From an uncultured cyanobacterium (GTDB taxonomy: Bacteria; Cyanobacteriota; Cyanobacteriia; Cyanobacteriales; Cyanobacteriaceae): 64,000 nucleotides of DNA. The number at the start of each line of letters is the position of its first letter. Within the stretch, counting starts at the first letter, position 1. The stretch covers positions 875,651-939,650 of the forward strand of contig CAVVOP010000008.1 in the NCBI GenBank assembly GCA_963749915.1, read 5' to 3'. Position numbers and translations under genes: made by a program. Below, piece by piece: positions 9,197 to 18,515 of the stretch. The notes beneath the pieces were generated by a model. It did not search any database. It was not told the origin of the DNA and saw nothing but the letters and a program-made list of their open reading frames with translations.

Positions 9197-10794
9197 GTTG
9201 GTGTCTTGAATTTTTCGCCACAGATATTAACCATAAAAAGGCGATCTGCTTGCAGCAGCGCTTCGCTCCGCCAAATCTCAAAGGCGATCATTAAACCTCA
9301 AAGGAGATCGTTAAACCTCAAAGGCGATCATTACCACGAAAAGATGGTGGTCTGCTTCATTAAATAATAGATGTCAGTAATTCAAAATTAAGGGAACAGT
9401 GAGTCAAGCCTCAGGGAAAGGGTCGGTTGTGTTTCGCGTGTTCTCGTTGGACAACGAGGAAGAACAAAGTCAGACAACTCATTTCATTGGGAAAAGAGCC
9501 GATTTCATCAGCCTTACGACGAAATTCTTCAAAGAGGCGTTCGAGCAAGTTGGATGTCCGAATTCGGGGATGCAACTCCGCTTCAAATTGGTAAAAGGTG
9601 AAAGTCAGCTCAATATCTCGCAGAAAGACTTCTACCGCTTTCGCTTCTAAGTTTTGCCACTTTTTGACAAAAGCATTGAGTCGTTGCCGGGCCTCAATCC
9701 AAGACTGAGCACGATAGATATCATAAGCGTCTTCTTGAATCTCAAAGCGGCGTTGCTGTTTGGCTTGCTGCTCATCGAAGTCGGCAGTTGTTGTCTCGGA
9801 CGAGGGAGACAACTGTTGATAGGTGAGATAGCGCTTCATTCCTCTCACCTTGTGAGTTGTGCATCGTTGCTGTTGGGCATTGGGTAAGCACTGTGTCATC
9901 ACACCTGGCAGTCCTGAAATCCCATCACTGACTATGAGCTTAACCGCTTGGGGGTCGAGTCCTCGCTCAGTTAAGTGAGTGAAGAAATTTAGCCAAGATT
10001 GACTGTTTTCTCCTTCAGCTATTTCATAGTGCAACAACTGGTAGGTGCCATCGGGCCAGACCGCCATAGCGGCTAAGATAACCCGCTCTTGAGCTTGGCG
10101 TACTTGACGAAGATGTCCAGCTCGGTCAAGTTTCTTCTCATCCAGTGTGTATAAAATATCTATCCAGACTCCATCCACAATCAGAATCGGTGGGGTTACC
10201 TCAATCAGAGACTGACGCCGGATTTCCATCTGTTTTTGAGCCTCCAGAGTTACACGATTGACGGCAGTTAGTGAGAGAACACTGCCAAGTAGATGATACA
10301 ATGCTTCTTGGAGATTTCGTAGAGATAATCCCAAGACATAAAGACACAGTGTCATGTCTAGTAAGCTCTGAAGCCCTCTTTGATAACGTTTGAGAATCTG
10401 CCATTCTCGTTCATGATTGGAGTCGCGCAGTTTGGGGACTCGTAACTCAGGGATTCTCCCATACTGAGTGTCCAACAGACGATGGAAATAACCTGAACGT
10501 CTTGCCTGAGGACCACTTCGGCTAGAGCGAAACGACTCTAACTCTTCCACTAGGGCTGCTTCGACGGTGGCTTTGATAACTCCTGTAACTTCAGTACGCA
10601 GAGTGTTTTCCAGTTCTGAAGTAATTTCTGACTGAAAGCTTTGAGATTTGACACGGAGAATTTGCTGTTCTCGTTCTGCGAGCTTCATAAACGAGTCCTT
10701 AAATATCAAGTTTAATTTCTTGGTTTATCTTGTTTATCTTGTTTATCCTGCTTTCATCAGCTTGTCAAGGTGGCGAAAAATTCAAGACACCAAC
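9197..10794 (-). mobile_element. IS256-family insertion sequence
   Basis: 25-bp terminal inverted repeats GTTGGTGTCTTGAATTTTTCGCCAC at 9197-9221 and 10770-10794 enclose a Mutator-type transposase. No target duplication is visible. Confidence 0.9.
9411..10709 (-). CDS. IS256/Mutator-family transposase
   Basis: RSGYFHRLLDTQYGRIPELRVPKLR, IVDG, VSDG and QRCTTHK motifs, plus IRTSNLLERLFEEFRR. Confidence 0.9.
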   Translation of the reverse strand: MIFKDSFMKLAEREQQILRVKSQSFQSEITSELENTLRTEVTGVIKATVEAALVEELESFRSSRSGPQARRSGYFHRLLDTQYGRIPELRVPKLRDSNHEREWQILKRYQRGLQSLLDMTLCLYVLGLSLRNLQEALYHLLGSVLSLTAVNRVTLEAQKQMEIRRQSLIEVTPPILIVDGVWIDILYTLDEKKLDRAGHLRQVRQAQERVILAAMAVWPDGTYQLLHYEIAEGENSQSWLNFFTHLTERGLDPQAVKLIVSDGISGLPGVMTQCLPNAQQQRCTTHKVRGMKRYLTYQQLSPSSETTTADFDEQQAKQQRRFEIQEDAYDIYRAQSWIEARQRLNAFVKKWQNLEAKAVEVFLRDIELTFTFYQFEAELHPRIRTSNLLERLFEEFRRKADEIGSFPNEMSCLTLFFLVVQREHAKHNRPFP

Positions 10795-11392
10795 TAAAAA
10801 GATAATCAATCCCTTCCTGCCTTAACTCTTGTAACTCCTCCCACAGATTCCGAATGACTAAAATAGTTCTTTGTTTACTTCCCTTACCAACGATCGATAA
10901 ATTAACTAAATCATCATCAACCCTAAAATTCGACCACTTCAAATTAACCGTCTCACTCACCCGTAAACCCAAACCAAACATCACCTTAACTAATAGCTTA
11001 TCTCTAGTCGTTTGGGCATGGTCAATTAATTTCTGTATATCCTCCACCGTTAACAACTTCTGAGAAATAGTCTCATTTACCTTGGGACTCTCAATCATCG
11101 ATGCAGGATTAACCTTGAGATAGCCTGTCTTCACACAGTAGGAAAACAAACTCTTAATAATCATCAACTTCACCTTAATAGTTGATGCCTTTTGTTGTCT
11201 TAATTGTAGAGATCGCAGATAATCTTGAATATCCTCTAACATAATCTCCGATAAATCCTTACCCGTAAATGCCATAAATTGTTGTATCGTACAGGTATAT
11301 TGACTTTGCGTATGTACAGACCGCTTATTGGTTAACCAACTTAAGAGCATTTCCGAGTCGTTGTTAGCACGAGTGACTTTCTCCGAGCGCAT
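10795..11392 (-). pseudogene. XerD-like tyrosine recombinase truncated by IS256
   Basis: SAM domain, RDKLL...GLRVSE and GKGSKQR are present. The frame runs into the IS256 IR before the HxxR/Y motifs. Confidence 0.85.
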
Positions 11393-11844
11393 GATGACCC
11401 CAGGATTTTAGAGAATGAAATTATTATATCTGAGTGAGGATTACTTTGAACATTATATATAGTTATGTTCAATCCGACCTGGCACAGACAAACTTATTGA
11501 GTCAGAATAATTCACCCTAATCTTTACGGTCATTACTTTTCAGCCTGTTGCCACCTGGCTCAAATAACCTTGACTCTTTTGACACCAAAACTCTTGATTT
11601 CACCAAGTATTTTACTGAGTATTTTACTAGTATATTATTAGTTTGACGGACGGGCGATCGCTTTTTTGAGAATAATAAAATTAATTATTTCACACTTCTA
11701 AATCAATATTTATGGCTCTACTGAAAGAGTCAAATAACTCTTAACCCCCTGTTGCCGCACTAGTAAGCATCACCAAAGTATTTCACTTCTTTTCCATCAA
11801 ATGCCATCAATAAGTGCTGACCTTCTTCGTCTTCAATCTGATAT

Positions 11845-12146
11845 AACCCACATTCCGCATGTTCTTTTAGAAAACAATCATATTTTAATGACTTTTACGC
11901 AACTTTACTATAGGTAATACATATATTTATTGTTTTTTGCGAGCAGCTTCGCTGTGCCCTTGGCATCGCATAGTGACAATTGGCGAGCAGCTTCGCTGTG
12001 CCTTTGGCATCGCCATATACAGATTTTTACAGTATTTATATTTGTTTAATCTCAATTTCGTTGTTTTATTACTTGGGGAATATTTTGTAAACAAGGCGTT
12101 AAGGTATTACATGGCATAGTGCAAATTGACGTGCGGAATGTGGGTT
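11845..12146. mobile_element. MITE-like element of ~300 bp
   Basis: Perfect 15-bp inverted repeats AACCCACATTCCGCA (11845-11859) and TGCGGAATGTGGGTT (12132-12146), with no transposase between them. Confidence 0.65.
11939..12013. repeat. Two copies of a 23-nt insertion splitting HIP1 (GCGA|TCGC), SDR5-like small dispersed repeat
   Basis: GCGA-gcagcttcgctgtgccYttggca-TCGC at 11939-11969 and 11983-12013. Confidence 0.75.
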
Positions 12147-12381
12147 GATCTGTGCGCAAGGCAAAAATAAATAAATGGAGCGTAGCCGTTACGAAGACTA
12201 TAACTAAGTACAACTAGACTATGGCGGCGAAGCGACTTCAATTAAGGTGTTGCCTAGTCGCACCACAGAACGGGTATAATAGAAAAGCGGTCGTTCATTA
12301 TCCCCACAGTTCCAGCCACGCAGTGACCTAGGGTCGGAAACAGTAGCCTTTGAGATAAACCGAAGGCAAAAAGACTATGTT
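12145..12381. repeat. ~237-bp structured element, copy 2, downstream of the DGR RT
   Basis: Inverted match to 1419-1656. The homology ends where the MITE IR begins. Confidence 0.9.
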
Positions 12382-12487
12382 CTTTAGGGGTGACAACAAC
12401 AAAACACTGTAAGCCGCTCTAGTTCTCGCTTATAAGTAGAGAATTAGTACATGCGTTTTGGTGAAGTTTAGTTTCAAATTGGGGTGA

Positions 12488-12670
12488 AGTGAGTCGAAGA
12501 ACTGTTCGGCTAATGCTTACCAAGCTCCCCGACTCGGTTTGATTTTTGGATGCTGTTACCAGCATCACAGGAACAGGCTGGACTCTTCGGATACACCCTC
12601 GACAGATTCCCACCTGCCAACTCTCGCGATGAAGAGACCTCCCGCCAACGCACACCACACGAAAACCGTT
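12488..12670 (-). ncRNA. DGR template repeat 3' end (IMH*) and spacer RNA remnant
   Basis: AACGGTTTTCGTGTGGTGTGCGTT encodes NGFRVVC, the end of an FGE-sulfatase/CLec-type VR/TR. A structured spacer with the hairpin GATGCTGGTAACAGCATC follows. Confidence 0.7.
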
Positions 12671-13563
12671 CAGTCTTCGTCTTCCCCGATGTAAGTTACT
12701 ATTTCTGACCCGAATTCGATCGCCTAAAATGCGGAAGCCAAGGAAGCTAGCACCGTATTTAGTGGCAAATAGTTGACTCTTGATGGGATGAATTTTTAGT
12801 CTGAGTATTGCCAAATACTCTTCTATTGCTATTCTGGCATCGGCGAGAAAATCTCGTTCGTCGGCAAATAAAGCGAAATCATCAACGTATCTTACGTATT
12901 GAGAAGCTTTGAGAGTTTCTTTGACAAAGTGGTCAAAAGGATTGAGTATGACGTTCGACCAGAATTGACTGGTTAAATTGCCTATAGGTATGCCTTTTCG
13001 CCTTTGTAAGGGGGTTAGCAAATCATCACCTGGAAAATATTCGATGACGGGTTCTTGTTCATTACTATTATCGATGATGGTATCAATCAGCCACAAAGTA
13101 TCAGGACATTTGATTTTACGTCTGATTTGTCGTTTGAGAATTTGATGGTCGATACTGGGAAAATACTTCTTGATATCGCATTGCAAGACGTAGCGGCTGC
13201 GACGAAAAAACTCGATAAATCTTCTCAAAGCTCGATGGGTGACAAATCCCACTCGGTTGGCATAAGAATCACGAATGAAAGTACGCTCAAAAATGGGAAC
13301 GATTATATTACACAGGCCATGGTGAACCACTCTATCTCGGTAGGGAGCGGCAGAAATCAGACGGCTTTTAGGATCTCTGATATGAAAAGTTCGGTAATTT
13401 CCTGGTTGATATGTTTTAGCCGTAAGCTCCTGTTGTAATTTGATTAACTCCCCTTCTAAGTTGTAGTTGAAGTCTAAAATATTATCTCTAAATCTTTTGC
13501 CCAATTGTGCTTTTCTAGCGGCTAAATAGAGGTTATCAAATGTGATAATTTGGGGGTAGAGAT
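12671..13563 (-). pseudogene. Diversity-generating retroelement reverse transcriptase; N-terminus cut by IS1, C-terminal thumb deleted and fused to TR
   Basis: [30 protein letters not shown] (DGR-type SQ motif) and YVRYVDDF. The ORF-track start lies inside the IS1 IR. Confidence 0.85.
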
Positions 13564-14516
13564 GGTCGTGCATCAAATAACTGTGGGATAGCTAATTAAG
13601 TCATGCCAAGTCCATCTCTGGTCACTCAATCCCGATCTTTGAGCGGCTGTTGTCCCTAACCGAATATTTTTCCAAATCCAGTTGAAATAGCTGACGACTA
13701 ACCTTGCCGTTACTTTCGTTTGCTCCCAGACCTTGGCAAATTTATTTTGTTGCCGATGCCATCTTCCTGTCTGTTGCCGGAGAATTCCATTAGTCCTCTC
13801 CAGCCTTTGGTTTCCTTTTTTACTGATCTGGTGCTCTATCTCCTCTGTTAATACCCTTTGATAACCCCTTAAGCCATCAGTATTCCAGTTTTGGCATTGG
13901 GTTTTTCCTTCTGTGGTCACGAGCATCTCCTCCAGAAGTTGATCCTTCCGTTTTCCTACACGAGCTGCCAGAATCAAGCCACTATCTTGAGCTAAACTAA
14001 TTCCTATCCAGCAATCCCCGGCTATTATTTCGTCTGGTTCGCATTGGCACTGTTTTGTCTTGGTGCGCGTTCCCTTGCGTCTTACGCCGACGCGGGGTCG
14101 CACCGCTTTTCGACAAATGACCACATTTCATCAGCGCTTACTTGTTCTGTTTCCACTTGTTGAACCTCAGCATTATGTATCATTTGAGCTTTTTGGCTAG
14201 CATCCCTAATCAAAGAAACTACGGTGCCGTAAGCCCTGCCACTGATTCGACTCACTCCTCTCAGGCTACTGCCTTCAGCATGAGATTGAAGAATGGTATG
14301 AACTTCGGCCGGATTGAGATGGCGGTTATAGTAAAGAGTCTCAAAATGTTCAGGAAAAGTTTTACCACAATGAGGACATTTATAACCCTGGTGTCCTTTC
14401 TCAGTTTTGCCATGTTTGTAAGCTTTATGGTGACCGCAGAGAAGACATTTCATAGAAATAAATAGAATACTACTTTTCTCTCATACTCTCATCCCACAGA
14501 TTTTTGTTTCACGACC
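13564..14516 (-). mobile_element. IS1-family element (InsA 14082-14453, InsB 13573-14124)
   Basis: IRs GGTCGTGcAtCAAAtAaCTGTGGG (13564) and GGTCGTGAAaCAAAaAtCTGTGGG (reverse complement, ending 14516). It has a Zn-ribbon CxxC...CPHC, an ADEMWSFV frameshift window and LERTNGILR. Confidence 0.9.
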
Positions 14517-14830
14517 GAATTATGTTTGAGAACCCAAGTTGGTATGAGATCCCACCAGCCCACTAAGGAAAATTGTCCGGCGAAGCGAATTTTTGAGTGC
14601 GACTCGACTGTCCAGCACTAGACCACAGACAACTTCCTGCCAGCTAATTAAGCACCAAAAACGGCAATTTTCCGTCTGCACCTTTTCCTCATAAAAAATA
14701 AAATCCTCAAAAGTTTGTTTCAGCCAAGTCAATTCGATTTTAGATTTTTCTTTTGACAACTAGGTTTTCAATCTGCAAACATAGATAATAAGTTTGTTCG
14801 CAGAAAATCAGACTGAGGATCTATGCCACA

Positions 14831-15133
14831 ATGCACTTAATTTCGGCAGGTAAACTGAAACAGGTAGCATCTAAATATCCAGATGTAACTAAAACGATTC
14901 AAGCCTTTTGCAAAACGATCAAACAAGCCCAATGGCAAAATTTAATTCAATTACAACAGGTTTATCGAGATGCCGAAGCTGTGGGAAGTTTTACCGTTTT
15001 AAACATTAAAGGGAATAAATATCGTCTCATTCTCGACATCGACTATGAAGAACAAGTAGCATATTTTAAATATTTTCTCACCCATGCAGAATATGATAAG
15101 GAGCAATGGAAAAATGACCCTTACTTTAAATGA
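14831..15133 (+). CDS. higB: HigB-family toxin
   Basis: NIKGNKYRLI...FLTHAEYDK signature. Confidence 0.9.
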   Translation: MHLISAGKLKQVASKYPDVTKTIQAFCKTIKQAQWQNLIQLQQVYRDAEAVGSFTVLNIKGNKYRLILDIDYEEQVAYFKYFLTHAEYDKEQWKNDPYFK

Positions 15134-15533
15134 AAAAAATTACCTCAAACTTTTAGCTCAAATCAAGATTATTCCCAAAATAATTGAATCAGAAGCTGAA
15201 TACGAACAATATTTAGCAGTAGTTGAAAGGCTCATGGCTAAGAAAAATAACCGCACCCCAGAAGAAACAACCTTATTTCGATTGCTGGTCAAATTAATTG
15301 AAGACTATGAAGAAGAATCTTATTCTTTAGAGGATTGGAGTAACCTTTTACCTCATGAAATTTTACAACACCTTTTAGAATCGAGCGGCAGGAAACAAGC
15401 AGATTTAGTCGGAGTTATCAGTTCTTCTAAAGGGTTGATCTCATCCGTAGTCAATGGTAAACGAGCCATTAGCATTGAACTGGCGAAAAAGTTAGGGGCA
15501 TATTTTAAGGTGAATCCTAGTTTATTTATTTAA
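15114..15533 (+). CDS. higA: HigA-family HTH antitoxin
   Basis: LLVKLIEDYEE and a C-terminal HTH (VVNGKRAISIELAKKLGAYF); overlaps higB. Start inferred at MTLTLN. Confidence 0.85.
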   Translation: MTLTLNEKNYLKLLAQIKIIPKIIESEAEYEQYLAVVERLMAKKNNRTPEETTLFRLLVKLIEDYEEESYSLEDWSNLLPHEILQHLLESSGRKQADLVGVISSSKGLISSVVNGKRAISIELAKKLGAYFKVNPSLFI

Positions 15534-15671
15534 TCCCTTTTTGGCAGATTCCCACCAGGGAATCGCGAGCGCAGCGAAGCCCGAGAGCGATGCACCCAGC
15601 TTCAACCAGCAAGACTAACTTTGGCGGGGAGTGCCACCATGATTCTTACTGAATTGATAATTGATTTTAAA

Positions 15672-16148
15672 TTAGATGTTTTTTGTCCGTTTGCTGTTGG
15701 ATGGCCACCACTGACGAAATTCTTGTTCGTATTCTGACCCCGACAGTTGATAGGTCTTTCTTGCCTCAAAGGCTAATCCAATTCCCCAGCCTAGTATAGG
15801 CCAGTAAGACCAGTCGAGGCTGCCATCGGTAATCAGGTCGATAATCACTAAGAAGGCGTTAACGACCAAATAAGAGAAAAGATGTTTCTGGAATTTTTCC
15901 CGACGATAGCTAATAAAGGCACGTCTGGCTTTTTGCTCGTGTTTTTGCTCGAACCACTGCTGTTCAGCTCGCTCAAGCTTCTGGGGGGAAATGCCAAGTT
16001 CCGCCGCCATTTCCAAAAGTTGCTCTGGGGAAAAATCCGACTGTTCCCATTCCTGCTTCATAGCCAGAGCGAGAATTTGCTGGATATCCTCTTGACTGTA
16101 CGAATCCGTCATCTCCTTTCTCTCCTGCGCTCTTCGTCCATTGAGCAT
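15672..16148 (-). CDS. 2TM-domain membrane protein
   Basis: HLFSYLVVNAFLVIIDL...WSYWPILGWGIGLAF. Confidence 0.8.
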   Translation of the reverse strand: MLNGRRAQERKEMTDSYSQEDIQQILALAMKQEWEQSDFSPEQLLEMAAELGISPQKLERAEQQWFEQKHEQKARRAFISYRREKFQKHLFSYLVVNAFLVIIDLITDGSLDWSYWPILGWGIGLAFEARKTYQLSGSEYEQEFRQWWPSNSKRTKNI

Positions 16149-16413
16149 AATTTTAGCCTGATATTTCGATACTTCAAACAGAATTTTAAAAATTGCCAGC
16201 CAAAATTTCGTCCACCCTCTTACCCCTAATTCGCTCTAGCGTAGTCTACTTAAATTATCAAATAGAGCTCCTCTCTCAGAGAGGGATTAACTCTTCAGTT
16301 TTTTTCAGTTTTCTCCTCAAAGTCTTGTGAGGAAAGAATCCCTAGACACAAGCATACGGTTACAATAAGTTAAACCTTCTACCTCAATAAAACTTAAAAC
16401 AAGGATAAAAGTC

Positions 16414-17375
16414 ATGGCTATATTACAACAAGATCAGTTTGATCTGAGGGTTCTCCAGCTTGTTAATCAATTTCGGGCACAAAATGGTCGGACACCTCTC
16501 ACATTATCTGAAAAACTAGATAAGGCCGCCGATAAATACGCCAATCTCATGGCAAATAAAAACATCCTGTCTCATACTCTTAATAACTCGACTATTGGTT
16601 CAAGAACAACAGCAGAGGGCTATATTTGGAATAGTGTACGTGAGAATATAGCGAAAGGGTATACAACCCCAGAACAGGTAGTTGGAGCTTGGATCAATAG
16701 TCAAGGACATCGCAACAATATGTTAGCCACCGATATTACCCACATGGGACTGGGATACTCATCGAATGGAAATTATTGGTCTCAATCGTTTGCTCGTGGA
16801 GATGCCAATCCAGGAACGTATGTGGCCCAAACAAATGGCGGTTCTGGAGGAGGAGGAACGACTCCAGGAACGTTCAATGGAACTAACGGTAATGACATCT
16901 TAAATGGTACAACGGGTAACGACAAACTTTATGGATATGGAGGTAATGACAAACTTTATGGATATGGAGGTAATGCAAACTTTATGGTGGAAAAAATGAC
17001 ACCTTAATAGGCGGATCTGGTGATGACACCTTAATAGGCGGATCTGGTGATGACATCTTAAATGGAGGAAGAATTGCAGGAACAACAGCTGGTGAACTTG
17101 ATGTTCTTACAGGAGGTTCTGGGAGTGATACCTTTGTTTTGGGAGGTTCTTGGGGAGTTTCTTATTTAGGGGCTAGCAATGCTGTCATTACAGACTTCGA
17201 TTTTAACTATGATTGGATTCGAGTGAAGGGTAGTGCTAGCGATTACCGCATGACAACGGGTAATTGGGGAGGAACTTCCGCGACAGATACAGCTCTCTAC
17301 AAAGGTAATGATTGTATTGCTCTGATCCAAGATACGACTAATGTTAATTTTGGACGGGATTTTCATTTTGTTTAA
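16414..17375 (+). CDS. CAP (SCP) domain protein with RTX Ca-binding repeats; frameshifted near 16977 (pseudogene or assembly error)
   Basis: LVNQFR, ENIA and WINSQGHRNNML motifs, with GGND nonapeptides as 27-bp tandem repeats. One repeat lacks a base (gac>gc), and the downstream frame ends at 17375. Confidence 0.8.
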
Positions 17376-17582
17376 TATCCAATTTGCCTAGCGACTTAAC
17401 TGTAACTTATAGTTGGTAGCAGTATTGTCACTTCTGTTGCTACTCCAGGCTTTGGTCAGATTACCCTTAATGGATTCACAGGATTAGATGCGGGTGACTT
17501 CATCTTTGTATATGTATAATCACCTCAAATCAGACGCTGAGCTAACTCAGAGTTAGGTTAAACAACTTTTTATGTTTTATCT

Positions 17583-17993
17583 TCACTTGAGAGCCTCTAA
17601 AGCTTTTTGGTTGACAATTCCTTTCTCTTCGGCGAGAAATTGGAAGAATTTTCGCAAAGCCACTCTCAGATCATTTTCGGTGGCCGAATCCCACACCTTT
17701 CGTTTATACCATTTTCGGAAATGAGAATTGACCATGCCCTTGGTAATTTCTTCAATCGACTCAACATCAGTTTGCCGACAAATGAAATGGACAAATGTAT
17801 CCACGATATTAGTATGCTTTCTTACCGTCTTCTTGGTATATTTGTCGCTAAGATAGTCAGCAAAGTCCTGATTGAGACTTTCAAGGTGGTTCCGGAAGGG
17901 TTCTCTAGCTGCTTCTGCCTTAGCTAGTGCTTCTAAGTACTGTTCAATCTGATCGCCGGGGATGGCGACTTTACCAGTAAACACTTTGGCCAT
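17583..17993 (-). CDS. Stand-alone integrase SAM-like domain protein
   Basis: FADYL...KTVRKH...LRVALRKFFQFL pattern; no catalytic domain. Confidence 0.55.
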   Translation of the reverse strand: MAKVFTGKVAIPGDQIEQYLEALAKAEAAREPFRNHLESLNQDFADYLSDKYTKKTVRKHTNIVDTFVHFICRQTDVESIEEITKGMVNSHFRKWYKRKVWDSATENDLRVALRKFFQFLAEEKGIVNQKALEALK

Positions 17994-18079
17994 CGGTTAA
18001 CCTCATCAAAAAAAACACCGAATAATCTACCTTGATGAGAGATTATTCATTTTCTCTTTAATTATTGTAGAATGGGGTT

Positions 18080-18435
18080 TTTTGCACAACCCCCCAAAAA
18101 GCGGTTCTGTTTGTCTGCTCTGGTCATATATGTTTTACTGATAATTTGTTCGACCTCAGCAATAAATTGTGGGTAGACTTTCCAGCCATCTGTAACGTAG
18201 AAATAACACTGCCACTTTTTTACTTCTGCCCACAATGGTTCAAAGGTTTCCGCACTATGATCTCCAATTACCCAGTCTAAAATACCTCTTTTAAGTAGCT
18301 GAGAAAGATGTTATGGAACAAAAGAATTTTGTGGAGTCTCTCTCCGGGATTGCTGTCTAAAAAATAGAGTACTCTTAGGAGTGTTATGCACTTCAAAAGT
18401 TTTTGCAACAGAACCCAGATTTTTGTTTCACGACC
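18080..18435 (-). mobile_element. IS1-family remnants (InsB fragment and an IR identical to the end of the element at 14516)
   Basis: Minus frame reads GILDWVIGDHSAETFEPLW...YVTDGWKVY. CAGATTTTTGTTTCACGACC occurs at 18416-18435. Confidence 0.75.
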
Positions 18436-18515
18436 GCTTGTCTTTGGGGCTGATTGAAGGTATGGTGAAGAAGAGAAAAGACATCAGGAAAAGTGATTGA
18501 CCCTCCCAAGTTATT

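Noticed and set aside
12419..13576. RT as a retron, group II intron or Cas1-associated RT
   Set aside because: The GNLTSQ/YVDD motifs and the adjacent GFRVVC template end fit a DGR. There is no VTG retron motif or maturase domain, and it is far from cas1.
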